From a virus, in IMG/VR virus record IMGVR_UViG_3300009703_000001: a stretch of 60,903 nt of DNA, one strand, 5' to 3'. Numbering within the stretch: position 1 is the stretch's first letter; each line of letters starts with the position of its first letter. The notes below the pieces were generated by a model. The model had not been told where the DNA came from. It was given only the letters and a program-made list of their open reading frames with translations, and did no database searches. The position numbers and the translations under genes were made by a program. Positions 29,102 through 37,013 of this stretch are shown here, piece by piece.

Positions 29102-30976
29102 ATGACAGGATTACAGTTAACATTGGAATTTAAAAAATCTATGTGGAATACTCCCAGTGAGTATAAAGATTTATCTTCTGCAACAGAAATAGCAATTGAT
29201 TTAGAAACTAGAGATGAAGGTATTAGTAATGGGCTTGGAGCTGGTTGGGCTTTAGGAAAAGGAGAAATAGTAGGGTTTGCTGTAGCTGTGGATGGATGGC
29301 AGGGTTACTTTCCCTTTGGTCATTTAGGAGGAGGTAATATGATTCCTGCACAAGTAAAAACTTATATGAAAAAAATATGTGCTTTACCGTGTCCTAAAAT
29401 ATTTCATAATGCTCAATACGATGTTGGTTGGTTACAAGCATCAGGTATAGAAGTTAAAGGTGAAATAATTGATACGATGATTGCTGCAGCGTTAGTAGAT
29501 GAGAATAGATTTTCTTATTCTTTAAATGCATTGTCAATTGATTATCTAGGAGAAATAAAAGCAGAAACAGATTTAAAAGAGGCAGCGGCAGCTCATGGAA
29601 TAGATGCTAAAGCAGAAATGTGGAAATTACCTGCAGAACATGTTGGTTATTATGCTGAACAAGATGCACGACTCACGCTTAATTTGTGGCAAAGATTTAA
29701 ACAAGAAATATCTACACAAAGTTTAACAACTGTATGGAACATGGAACAACAATTAATTCCCACATTAATAAAAATGCGTCAGAGAGGTGTTAGAGTAGAA
29801 GTGGAAGCAGCTGAAAAACTACAAATAGAAATGAAGAGCCAAGAAAAAGAATTACTGTTGGACATAAAAAAAGAAGCAGGAATAGAAGTAGACATTTGGG
29901 CAGCACGCCAGATTGCCAAAGCTTTTGACAAACTAAAGTTACCATATCCACGAACTGAAAAAACAAAAGAGCCTTCCTTTACTCAAAATTGGTTAATAAA
30001 TAATAACCATAAACTAGCGAAATTAATTGTTCAAGCCCGAGAGATAAATAAATTTCATGGAACTTTCTTATCTTCCATAATGAAGTATCAAATCAAAGGG
30101 AGAATTCATGGAGAGATCCAACAGCTTAGATCCGATTTGGGAGGAACTGTATCCGGTAGATTAAGTATGACTAACCCCAATTTACAACAAGTACCAGCTA
30201 GAAATAAAGACTTTGGTCCTAAAATAAGAAGTCTTTTTCTACCCGAGGAAGGATATAAATGGGGGAGCTTTGATTATTCACAACAAGAACCACGGATGAC
30301 GGTTCATTATGCAGCTTCCATTGGAGAAAATGGTTATTCAGGTGCTAATGAATTAGTAGAAGCTTATCAGAATGCTAATGCAGACTTTCATCAAACTATC
30401 GCTGACTTGGTAGGGATTGAAAGAACTCAGGCTAAAACAATTGGATTAGGTTTAATGTATGGAATGGGTAAAAATAAATTAGCTATTTCATTAGGGGTAA
30501 GTAAAGAAGAAGCCGATGAATTAATTATTAAATACAATAACAAAGTTCCTTTTGTAAAAAAATTATCTAACAGATGTAAATTAGCAGCGGATGAAAAAGG
30601 AGTTATTAGAACTAAAAAAGGTAGAAAATGCAGATTTGATAAATGGGAGACTAAAGATTTTGGTTTGCATCTTGCTGAAACCTTTGATAATGCTGTAGCT
30701 AAATATGGTAGAGACAATATTAAAAGAGCTTACACTTACAAAGCATTGAATAGATTAATTCAAGGATCTTCTGCAGATCAAACTAAACAAGCAATGTTAG
30801 ATTGTGCTAATGCTGGTCATTTACCTATATTACAAATTCATGATGAACTTTGTTTTAATATTAAAGATAAAAAGCACGCAGAAGAAATTAAAAAAATAAT
30901 GGAAACTACAATAGAATTTAAAGTACCTTCTGTTGTAAAATATGGATTAGGAGGAAATTGGGGTGGAACAAAGTAA
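29102..30976 (+). CDS. family A DNA polymerase with 3'-5' exonuclease domain
   Basis: Exo I IAIDLET, Exo II HNAQYDVGWL, Exo III YYAEQDA; Pol A DYSQQEPRM, Pol B RTQAKTIGLGLMYGMG, Pol C LQIHDEL. Confidence 0.95.
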   Translation: MTGLQLTLEFKKSMWNTPSEYKDLSSATEIAIDLETRDEGISNGLGAGWALGKGEIVGFAVAVDGWQGYFPFGHLGGGNMIPAQVKTYMKKICALPCPKIFHNAQYDVGWLQASGIEVKGEIIDTMIAAALVDENRFSYSLNALSIDYLGEIKAETDLKEAAAAHGIDAKAEMWKLPAEHVGYYAEQDARLTLNLWQRFKQEISTQSLTTVWNMEQQLIPTLIKMRQRGVRVEVEAAEKLQIEMKSQEKELLLDIKKEAGIEVDIWAARQIAKAFDKLKLPYPRTEKTKEPSFTQNWLINNNHKLAKLIVQAREINKFHGTFLSSIMKYQIKGRIHGEIQQLRSDLGGTVSGRLSMTNPNLQQVPARNKDFGPKIRSLFLPEEGYKWGSFDYSQQEPRMTVHYAASIGENGYSGANELVEAYQNANADFHQTIADLVGIERTQAKTIGLGLMYGMGKNKLAISLGVSKEEADELIIKYNNKVPFVKKLSNRCKLAADEKGVIRTKKGRKCRFDKWETKDFGLHLAETFDNAVAKYGRDNIKRAYTYKALNRLIQGSSADQTKQAMLDCANAGHLPILQIHDELCFNIKDKKHAEEIKKIMETTIEFKVPSVVKYGLGGNWGGTK

Positions 30977-31367
30977 AGCCTTAATAGGTTGGTGTTCAGG
31001 TTTATTTGATGGAGAGGGTAATGTTAATTATGCTCAATACAGATCTAAAAGTCCAAATGGTAAAATTTATATGAAATGGAATGTGGGAATGGAAATTTCT
31101 ATGACTCACTTAGAAACTATTCATCATTTTTATCAAATTATTCAACAGTTAGGATCTATTAATTATAAAAAAAATGGAGGCTTTGGTAGAAAAGATCAAT
31201 GGAGATGGAGATGTAGTCATCGCAAAGCTTTAATAGTTGCAAAATTATTATTTCCTTATGCCTTAACTAAGCGTAAAGATTTATTAAAAATAATAAACCA
31301 TTACGAATTTACCAAGCCAATGGATAATCTAAATACAAAATTTAATTTTTTTAAAAAAAAAATTTAA
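30963..31367 (+). CDS. LAGLIDADG-type homing endonuclease (single-motif)
   Basis: WCSGLFDGEGNV motif; GTG start overlapping the polymerase stop by 14 nt. Confidence 0.6.
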   Translation: MEQSKALIGWCSGLFDGEGNVNYAQYRSKSPNGKIYMKWNVGMEISMTHLETIHHFYQIIQQLGSINYKKNGGFGRKDQWRWRCSHRKALIVAKLLFPYALTKRKDLLKIINHYEFTKPMDNLNTKFNFFKKKI

Positions 31368-31368
31368 T

Positions 31369-31983
31369 ATGATAGACCCTGGAGTCCACTTACTTTTTGG
31401 GATACCTCTTTTTCATTCTAATGAATATCAAATATCTATAAAAGAAAAAAATTTTTTAATAAAACTGTGTGAAACCAATCATTTAAATGAAGGTAATAAT
31501 AACTCATCTTCTGATCAATATATATTAAATCATTCTGAATTAACTAATTTAAAAAAATATTTTGATTCTAAAATAGAAGAATATACAAAAAAATATTTAA
31601 AAATATCTTATCTGACAGAATTTTATATTACACAAAGTTGGGTAAATAAAACTCCCCAAGGTACTTATCATCATGAACATTCTCACCCTAATAGTATATT
31701 GAGTGCCGTATATTTTATAACAGAAAGTTTATCTCAAATTACTTTTAAAAGAGACTCTCCTTTATTTTCTACTTTTCAATTTGCGGTAGAAGAATATAAT
31801 AATCTAAATTCAGAAAGTTGGAGGATGCCAGATGTTAAAAATAGTTTATATTTATTTCCTAGTACATTAAAACACTTTGTTCCTATAAATAATAATAAAG
31901 AAACTAGATACACACTTTCCTTTAATGTTTTTGCAAAAGGTGTAATAGGTAGAAGTGATAGATCAACAGCATTAAAAATATGA
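31369..31983 (+). CDS. 2OG-Fe(II) oxygenase, TIGR02466-like
   Basis: YHHEHSHPNS, LFPSTLKHFVP, RYTLSFNVF. Confidence 0.65.
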   Translation: MIDPGVHLLFGIPLFHSNEYQISIKEKNFLIKLCETNHLNEGNNNSSSDQYILNHSELTNLKKYFDSKIEEYTKKYLKISYLTEFYITQSWVNKTPQGTYHHEHSHPNSILSAVYFITESLSQITFKRDSPLFSTFQFAVEEYNNLNSESWRMPDVKNSLYLFPSTLKHFVPINNNKETRYTLSFNVFAKGVIGRSDRSTALKI

Positions 31984-32035
31984 AAAGCCGATAGATAGCC
32001 TAGGGAAAAACTTAATTTTTTAAAAACAATAAAAA

Positions 32036-32224
32036 CTAGCTAGCTCTATTAAGAACTAAGTTTTCTTGTACATCCTGATATTTAATACTATTTCTAGTAG
32101 ATTTAATATCAGTTTCTATTTTAAGCATGTCAACAGTACAGCAACCATTAGTCATTAATTCTGCTGACCACTTATGTTCAAGATGTTGAAGTTGTTTCAA
32201 CAGCTCTATTTTTTTGGGACTCAT
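32036..32224 (-). CDS. small hypothetical protein
   Basis: Last ORF of the minus-strand block. Confidence 0.4.
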   Translation of the reverse strand: MSPKKIELLKQLQHLEHKWSAELMTNGCCTVDMLKIETDIKSTRNSIKYQDVQENLVLNRAS

Positions 32225-32408
32225 TATTCAGTTCCTCATAAGTTATGTGAACTTGCTTATTGTTACAAAAATCATCTTTGTAAGTTTCAATATTTCCTTC
32301 GCTCACAAGTTTAGAAAACTTTTCTAAAGCCTCCACATCGTTGGCTGCATTTAGTTTAGTATCTAAATACTTTCCTCCCATACGAGCTTGGACTCGATAA
32401 GCCTTCAT
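32178..32408 (-). CDS. small hypothetical protein
   Basis: Minus-strand ORF coupled to the upstream gene. Confidence 0.45.
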   Translation of the reverse strand: MKAYRVQARMGGKYLDTKLNAANDVEALEKFSKLVSEGNIETYKDDFCNNKQVHITYEELNNESQKNRAVETTSTS

Positions 32409-32662
32409 AAGATATTATAAGATATTTTAAAGGAATGGTCAATATTATAGCCTTCAGGGTCAATAGCTATACAATGTACCTCATAGTGCTCCATAGACCC
32501 CTCTTTTTTTTCGATTCTATCCTTAACTGTCATACCTATAGAGTAAGCTGCAGACCTACACTGAGAATCGCTTAAAATAGGGTTTTGAATAAAATCTCTG
32601 CAAATAACCTTAGTTTCTATAGTATAACACATGCTGCCTAATAATATGAATTTTAAAATCAT
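32405..32662 (-). CDS. small secreted Cys-containing protein
   Basis: N-terminal signal-like MILKFILLGSMC; C-x13-C-x28-C spacing like the neighbour. Confidence 0.5.
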   Translation of the reverse strand: MILKFILLGSMCYTIETKVICRDFIQNPILSDSQCRSAAYSIGMTVKDRIEKKEGSMEHYEVHCIAIDPEGYNIDHSFKISYNIL

Positions 32663-32663
32663 T

Positions 32664-32882
32664 TTATGTTGGGTATCTAAGATCTACTCCACAATGAAAT
32701 TTTATATAAATTTTGTGCTTATCTACATCTTCTTTACCAATTTCTTTCATTTTATCAAGGGATTGTTTATATCCTTCCATCATGCATTCATAAGTTGAAG
32801 AGTAAGTTTGGGGTAGGGTATAAGGAGGTAAACAAGTACCAGCTGTTCCTGAGCATATAATAAGGGCTAAAAATATTTTCAT
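32664..32882 (-). CDS. small secreted/lipoprotein-like Cys-containing protein
   Basis: MKIFLALIICSG signal/lipobox-like N-terminus. Confidence 0.5.
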   Translation of the reverse strand: MKIFLALIICSGTAGTCLPPYTLPQTYSSTYECMMEGYKQSLDKMKEIGKEDVDKHKIYIKFHCGVDLRYPT

Positions 32883-32928
32883 AATTTAATTGACTTTTTC
32901 AAGTCTCCCATGTAGTTAAGATAGATAA

Positions 32929-33195
32929 GTGAAACAAAAAAGTAAAAGTTCAATATTAAATAGTATCATGAGTGATGTAGATCAACAATTATCTTCTATA
33001 CCTTCTTTTGATACTGATGGTTGTCCAATTGAAGACTCTATGCATTTTGATATGTACATTGATGGTATCACTACTATTTCATTTAAGGATGGACTAGAAA
33101 ATATCCATTATCCTTTTGGACGAACTATAGCGACTATTCTAGTATTTGATGAACTTGAAGAACGAAACAATCAACCAGAGGAGAAAAATAAATGA
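32929..33195 (+). CDS. hypothetical early-type protein
   Basis: ORF after a divergent intergenic region; GTG 32929 or ATG 32968. Confidence 0.5.
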   Translation: MKQKSKSSILNSIMSDVDQQLSSIPSFDTDGCPIEDSMHFDMYIDGITTISFKDGLENIHYPFGRTIATILVFDELEERNNQPEEKNK

Positions 33196-33404
33196 GTAAT
33201 GTAAACAATGAAGATACTGTCTATAACCGATTAGAAAAAGGGATTGATAGTTTATGTAAAGAAGTAAAACAATTAAGAGAAGAAAATAAAAGACTTAAAG
33301 AAAGTTTAGGGATTAGTGTAGTAGATGATCACGGTTTTATTTCACACTTAAAAAAAGCTGTAAATAATATTGGAGATATTATTAGAAAGGAATCAAAATC
33401 ATGA
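33192..33404 (+). CDS. hypothetical protein (coiled coil)
   Basis: ATGA coupling. Confidence 0.5.
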   Translation: MSNVNNEDTVYNRLEKGIDSLCKEVKQLREENKRLKESLGISVVDDHGFISHLKKAVNNIGDIIRKESKS

Positions 33405-33637
33405 ACACTAGTAAATGGAAAAGTGTAGCAGTAGCTATTAAAGATTATCATTTACTCAGGGGATTGTGTAAAGATAAATTTAGAGCTCCTGGCGCAATGA
33501 TTTCTAAAATTTTAAATGACTACATAGAATTTCAAGCAAAGAAAAATAAACTGTCTGTGGATGTTTTTAAGAAAAAACTTTTAAACGGAGTAGGAATAAA
33601 AAATGACCCTGATACGAGAGGATCTAAAAAAAATTGA
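33401..33637 (+). CDS. ribbon-helix-helix-like DNA-binding protein
   Basis: MNTSKWKSVAVAIKDYHLLRGL...; paralogous to 36051..36263. Confidence 0.45.
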   Translation: MNTSKWKSVAVAIKDYHLLRGLCKDKFRAPGAMISKILNDYIEFQAKKNKLSVDVFKKKLLNGVGIKNDPDTRGSKKN

Positions 33638-33824
33638 TAAAAGAATAAAAGCTAAAGAGTTTTTTACTATTGAATTAGACCACTCCTCACATCGTTTATG
33701 TTTATATGTTAATGGAGAATTAAGAAACACTATTAAAACTCCTAACGCTGAAGCTTTATTTGAGAAGATGTTAAAGATTGCTAAATTAAAATTTATTAAA
33801 ATTAGAAATGAGATTCAAAACTAA
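33603..33824 (+). CDS. hypothetical protein
   Basis: 73-aa ORF. Confidence 0.45.
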   Translation: MTLIREDLKKIDKRIKAKEFFTIELDHSSHRLCLYVNGELRNTIKTPNAEALFEKMLKIAKLKFIKIRNEIQN

Positions 33825-34053
33825 ACATAAGTCTAAAGCTAGATCCTACTTATCTAATAGAAAAAAAATAACTAGAAGGTCTAGAAACAAAATTGTTTTA
33901 TATGATTATAAAAATTATTGGGTTTCCTCTATACCTGAGGGACATTTAATTGAAATTTGTCATGGTAAAACTGATAAAGTATTAGAAATAGAATGTAAAT
34001 GGAAAAATAGATATAGAGATAAAGGATCTAACAGAGTTCGCAATAATGACTGA
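33808..34053 (+). CDS. hypothetical basic protein
   Basis: 81-aa ORF. Confidence 0.45.
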   Translation: MRFKTKHKSKARSYLSNRKKITRRSRNKIVLYDYKNYWVSSIPEGHLIEICHGKTDKVLEIECKWKNRYRDKGSNRVRNND

Positions 34054-34342
34054 CTATACTACATTATTGGAAATGTGGAGAAACGAAAAAAAGAAAAGAC
34101 AAGATGCCGAAGGGGAATTATCTATTATTAAAGCAATTGGAAGTAATTCTCCTGAAGTGAAAACTCTTCAAGCTCGGATTAAAGAAATGGACAACTCTTT
34201 ATCAATAGCACTCGATATTAATGATCAATATCAAAGAGAAAATAAAAAATTAAAAGAAAAGTTAAGTAAAACAACAGAAGAATATAAATATGATCTTAAA
34301 GTTTATCAAGAAGAAATAAAAAATTTGTCAAAAAATAAATGA
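34046..34342 (+). CDS. hypothetical coiled-coil protein
   Basis: 98-aa ORF. Confidence 0.5.
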   Translation: MTDYTTLLEMWRNEKKKRQDAEGELSIIKAIGSNSPEVKTLQARIKEMDNSLSIALDINDQYQRENKKLKEKLSKTTEEYKYDLKVYQEEIKNLSKNK

Positions 34343-34500
34343 ATTATATTAAAGAAAAAAAATTAATTAAAAAATACTCTGACCAATGGCGTAAAGATAA
34401 TGGGTACAAAGATTTTCTGGAAGAAGCGGAAAAGGAAAAAGCAGAATTAAACGAGTCCTATAAAGAATCAAAAAGACAAGCTGAAGAGAGAAAGAAATGA
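34339..34500 (+). CDS. small hypothetical protein (53 aa)
   Basis: Hand-translated MNYIKEKKLIKKYSDQWRKDNGYK...; ATGA coupling. Confidence 0.35.
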   Translation: MNYIKEKKLIKKYSDQWRKDNGYKDFLEEAEKEKAELNESYKESKRQAEERKK

Positions 34501-34576
34501 ATAAAATATTTTTTATTATTTTTGCATCATTAGGGTTAATTACTTTATTAGCTTTATATATGCTAATTGTAGTATT

Positions 34577-35965
34577 ATGAAAAAATTAAAGATTTTAGAT
34601 TTATTTAGTGGAATAGGTGGATTTAGTTTAGGGTTACATTCTACGGGAGCGTTTGAAACAATTAAATTTGTTGAAAAAGATCCTTATTGTATTAAAGTAT
34701 TAAATAAGAATTTTCCAAACATACCCATTGAGGAGGATATAAAAAATGTCAAAGGAAAAGAATTCGAAGCAGATGTCATTACTGGAGGATTTCCCTGCCA
34801 ACCAATGTCAGTCGCAGGAAACCAAAAAGGAACAAGTGACGACAGATATCTCTGGCCAGACATGTTTAGAATCATTAGGGAAGTCAAACCCCAATTCGTT
34901 ATTGGGGAAAATGTGCAAGGAATTATTAACATCCAAGACGGCATGGTACTCCGACAGGTGCAAGATGACTTGGAAGGTGAAGGTTTCGAAGTCCAATGTT
35001 TCCTTATTCCAGCTTCAGGCATCGGTGCTTGGCACAAAAGGAACAGAGTTTGGATTATTGGCCACTCCAAACACAATGGATTACTTGCCGCCGAGAAGCG
35101 CTGCAGGGACCAAGAAATTAATGGAGGGTCACAGGAAGGGCAGAACCAAACCATCGAATCTGAGAGAACAAGTGGATCCAGAGACAATGAGAATGTATCC
35201 AACTCCATCAGCACAGGAGGCGGGAGAAGGAGAGTTTCTAGAAACGTTGACGAGCAAGGATGGAACACCTTTAAAACCGAACGAGAGAGCTTACAACCCA
35301 AAGACAAACAAACACGTCCAAATAACATTAAACAGAGCAGTGAAGATGTATCCAACACCACAGAGATCAGATCATCTAGCGAATCAATCGGAGACATTGG
35401 AAGCTTGGAAGAAGAGAGCAGCAGAGAAAAAAAAAGAGGGAATCAATCTTCAGTTTGCATTGAGACACGCAGTTCAAATGTATCCAACTCCACAAGTGGA
35501 CGATTCAAAAAATGTGAACCCCTCTCCCAAGAGAAGAATGACTCTAGCAAAACATGTGAAGATGTATCCAACACCGACAGTGGGTTGCGAGGAAGGGGGA
35601 GAACAATCAAGCAGAGTGGAGCAAACCAAATCTGGAGCTTTTATCCTAAGAAAGAAGAACAAACCCGACTCGACATTCGGAGCAAAACTATCAGACGCGA
35701 TGCTGTATTTGGAGAAAAACAAAATGTTACCCACTCCAACAGTGAACGACAGCAAGAACAACGCAGGGCCGAGTCAATACAAAAGAAAAGGGACGAATCT
35801 CAATGTAGCAGTTGGTGGAAAATTGAATCCGACTTTCGTGGAGTTCCTCATGGGATTTCCTATGAATTGGACAAAGGTAGAGTTAACCGAATCAAAGCCC
35901 TCGGCAACGCAATTGTCCCACAAATCGCAAGAGAAATAGGGCTTGCTATCAAAAAAGTCCTATAA
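34577..35965 (+). CDS. dcm: DNA (cytosine-5)-methyltransferase, frame A (462-aa ORF)
   Basis: Motif I LFSGIGGF, IV GGFPCQP, VI GENV, VIII-like HKRNRVWIIG, X ALGNAIVPQ; middle about 270 codons are low complexity. Confidence 0.8.
   Translation: MKKLKILDLFSGIGGFSLGLHSTGAFETIKFVEKDPYCIKVLNKNFPNIPIEEDIKNVKGKEFEADVITGGFPCQPMSVAGNQKGTSDDRYLWPDMFRIIREVKPQFVIGENVQGIINIQDGMVLRQVQDDLEGEGFEVQCFLIPASGIGAWHKRNRVWIIGHSKHNGLLAAEKRCRDQEINGGSQEGQNQTIESERTSGSRDNENVSNSISTGGGRRRVSRNVDEQGWNTFKTERESLQPKDKQTRPNNIKQSSEDVSNTTEIRSSSESIGDIGSLEEESSREKKRGNQSSVCIETRSSNVSNSTSGRFKKCEPLSQEKNDSSKTCEDVSNTDSGLRGRGRTIKQSGANQIWSFYPKKEEQTRLDIRSKTIRRDAVFGEKQNVTHSNSERQQEQRRAESIQKKRDESQCSSWWKIESDFRGVPHGISYELDKGRVNRIKALGNAIVPQIAREIGLAIKKVL
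34746..35939 (+). CDS. +1-frame ORF nested in dcm (397 aa) with M[YL]PTP repeats; coding status unresolved
   Basis: LLATPNTMD, 4x MYPTP plus MLPTP, C-terminal NPTFVEFLMGFPMNWT; kept open against expectation. Confidence 0.5.
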   Translation: MSKEKNSKQMSLLEDFPANQCQSQETKKEQVTTDISGQTCLESLGKSNPNSLLGKMCKELLTSKTAWYSDRCKMTWKVKVSKSNVSLFQLQASVLGTKGTEFGLLATPNTMDYLPPRSAAGTKKLMEGHRKGRTKPSNLREQVDPETMRMYPTPSAQEAGEGEFLETLTSKDGTPLKPNERAYNPKTNKHVQITLNRAVKMYPTPQRSDHLANQSETLEAWKKRAAEKKKEGINLQFALRHAVQMYPTPQVDDSKNVNPSPKRRMTLAKHVKMYPTPTVGCEEGGEQSSRVEQTKSGAFILRKKNKPDSTFGAKLSDAMLYLEKNKMLPTPTVNDSKNNAGPSQYKRKGTNLNVAVGGKLNPTFVEFLMGFPMNWTKVELTESKPSATQLSHKSQEK

Positions 35966-36050
35966 AATAAGTGATTGCAAAGTTATCTGAGGTCATTAGA
36001 TTTTGGTCTGATTGGCAATAAAGTCAATCATAACTTAATATGGAGACCTT

Positions 36051-36263
36051 ATGGATAATAGTAAATTTAAGTCTATTGCACTTAATATAAATACATATGA
36101 TGAATTAAAACAGTTATCATTATATAGATTTGAAATGCCCCATAGTATGTCTAAAGTAGCTGCGTTTTTAATTAATAAAGCTTTTAATTTATTTGAAGAA
36201 ACGCGTAGAGAAAAAGAAGCTGAAGATACTTGGGAGTTAGTCAAAGATTTTAAACCTAACTAA
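36051..36263 (+). CDS. ribbon-helix-helix-like DNA-binding protein
   Basis: MDNSKFKSIALNINTYDELKQL...; paralogue of 33401..33637. Confidence 0.45.
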   Translation: MDNSKFKSIALNINTYDELKQLSLYRFEMPHSMSKVAAFLINKAFNLFEETRREKEAEDTWELVKDFKPN

Positions 36264-36273
36264 ATAAATAAAA

Positions 36274-36301
36274 GGGAGTAAAGCTCTTGTGCTTTGCTCC
36301 C
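36274..36301 (+). terminator. stem-loop after the 36051 gene
   Basis: GGGAGTAAAGC-tcttgt-GCTTTGCTCCC, 11-bp stem with one G-U pair; no clear U-tract. Confidence 0.4.
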
Positions 36302-36327
36302 ACGACCTTTAAAATAAAGAGTTGCAA

Positions 36328-36558
36328 ATGTTAAAAAATTTTTATAAGAAAGAAAAAAGATACAAATACGAGATTTGTAAAGACTGTAAAGGTTTAGGAT
36401 TTATTACTGGAAAGCTCAGTAACAATCCAATTTCTTGTATCATTTGTAATAGTTCAGGTACCACGATTCACGGCCCTCACAATGAAGCTGAACAAACTTT
36501 AATTTATAAACTAGCATTGGATTTTTTAAATGGCAGACCCAAAGGATGGTATCACTGA
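36328..36558 (+). CDS. DnaJ-type zinc-finger mini-protein
   Basis: CKDCKGLG and CIICNSSG (CxxCxGxG x2); ATG 36328 preferred over TTG 36322. Confidence 0.5.
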   Translation: MLKNFYKKEKRYKYEICKDCKGLGFITGKLSNNPISCIICNSSGTTIHGPHNEAEQTLIYKLALDFLNGRPKGWYH

Positions 36559-36799
36559 ACTTGTTAAAACTCTTGCCACTCTTGCGTCTAAATTAGACAA
36601 AAAAACTTACGACAAAGTTATTTCTACTATCTTTGCTTTATTAAATGGTGTTCAGTTTGGTTATACTGAAATGGGACCAAGATTTATTAATGACGCTAAT
36701 GATATTTATGATCTTCATTCTAAAGGATCTAAAAAGAAAAAAATTAAAAATAATGTAATTCCATTTAAACTTATAAAGGGTGGCAAAGATGATAAGTAA
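36530..36799 (+). CDS. hypothetical protein
   Basis: 89-aa ORF. Confidence 0.45.
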   Translation: MADPKDGITELVKTLATLASKLDKKTYDKVISTIFALLNGVQFGYTEMGPRFINDANDIYDLHSKGSKKKKIKNNVIPFKLIKGGKDDK

Positions 36800-37013
36800 C
36801 CTTTATAATAATGGGGAGATGATAACTCCTCGAGAAACATACTATGAAATAAAAAACTACATTCAAGTTGAAAAACTTGAAGGCGCAGACATTACTCTAA
36901 TTATAGAAGATGTTCATGAACACTACGAGGTCGCTACTCGATTCAATTGGATTAATTCCAAAAGGTGCTATCGTGATATACTCTCTCGACTTGTTAAAAA
37001 TTATGGGCACTAA
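36780..37013 (+). CDS. hypothetical protein
   Basis: 77-aa ORF, GTG/ATG start. Confidence 0.45.
   Translation: MAKMISNLYNNGEMITPRETYYEIKNYIQVEKLEGADITLIIEDVHEHYEVATRFNWINSKRCYRDILSRLVKNYGH

Noticed and set aside
34684-35761. Minus-strand ORFs inside the methyltransferase locus (34684..35397 at 237 aa, 34808..34996, 35474..35761)
   Set aside because: Translations are Ser/Leu/Pro/Cys-rich with no motifs and no start context. Their openness is best explained by the T-poor plus strand, since stops on the minus strand need T on the plus strand. They are noted as part of the anomaly, not as genes.
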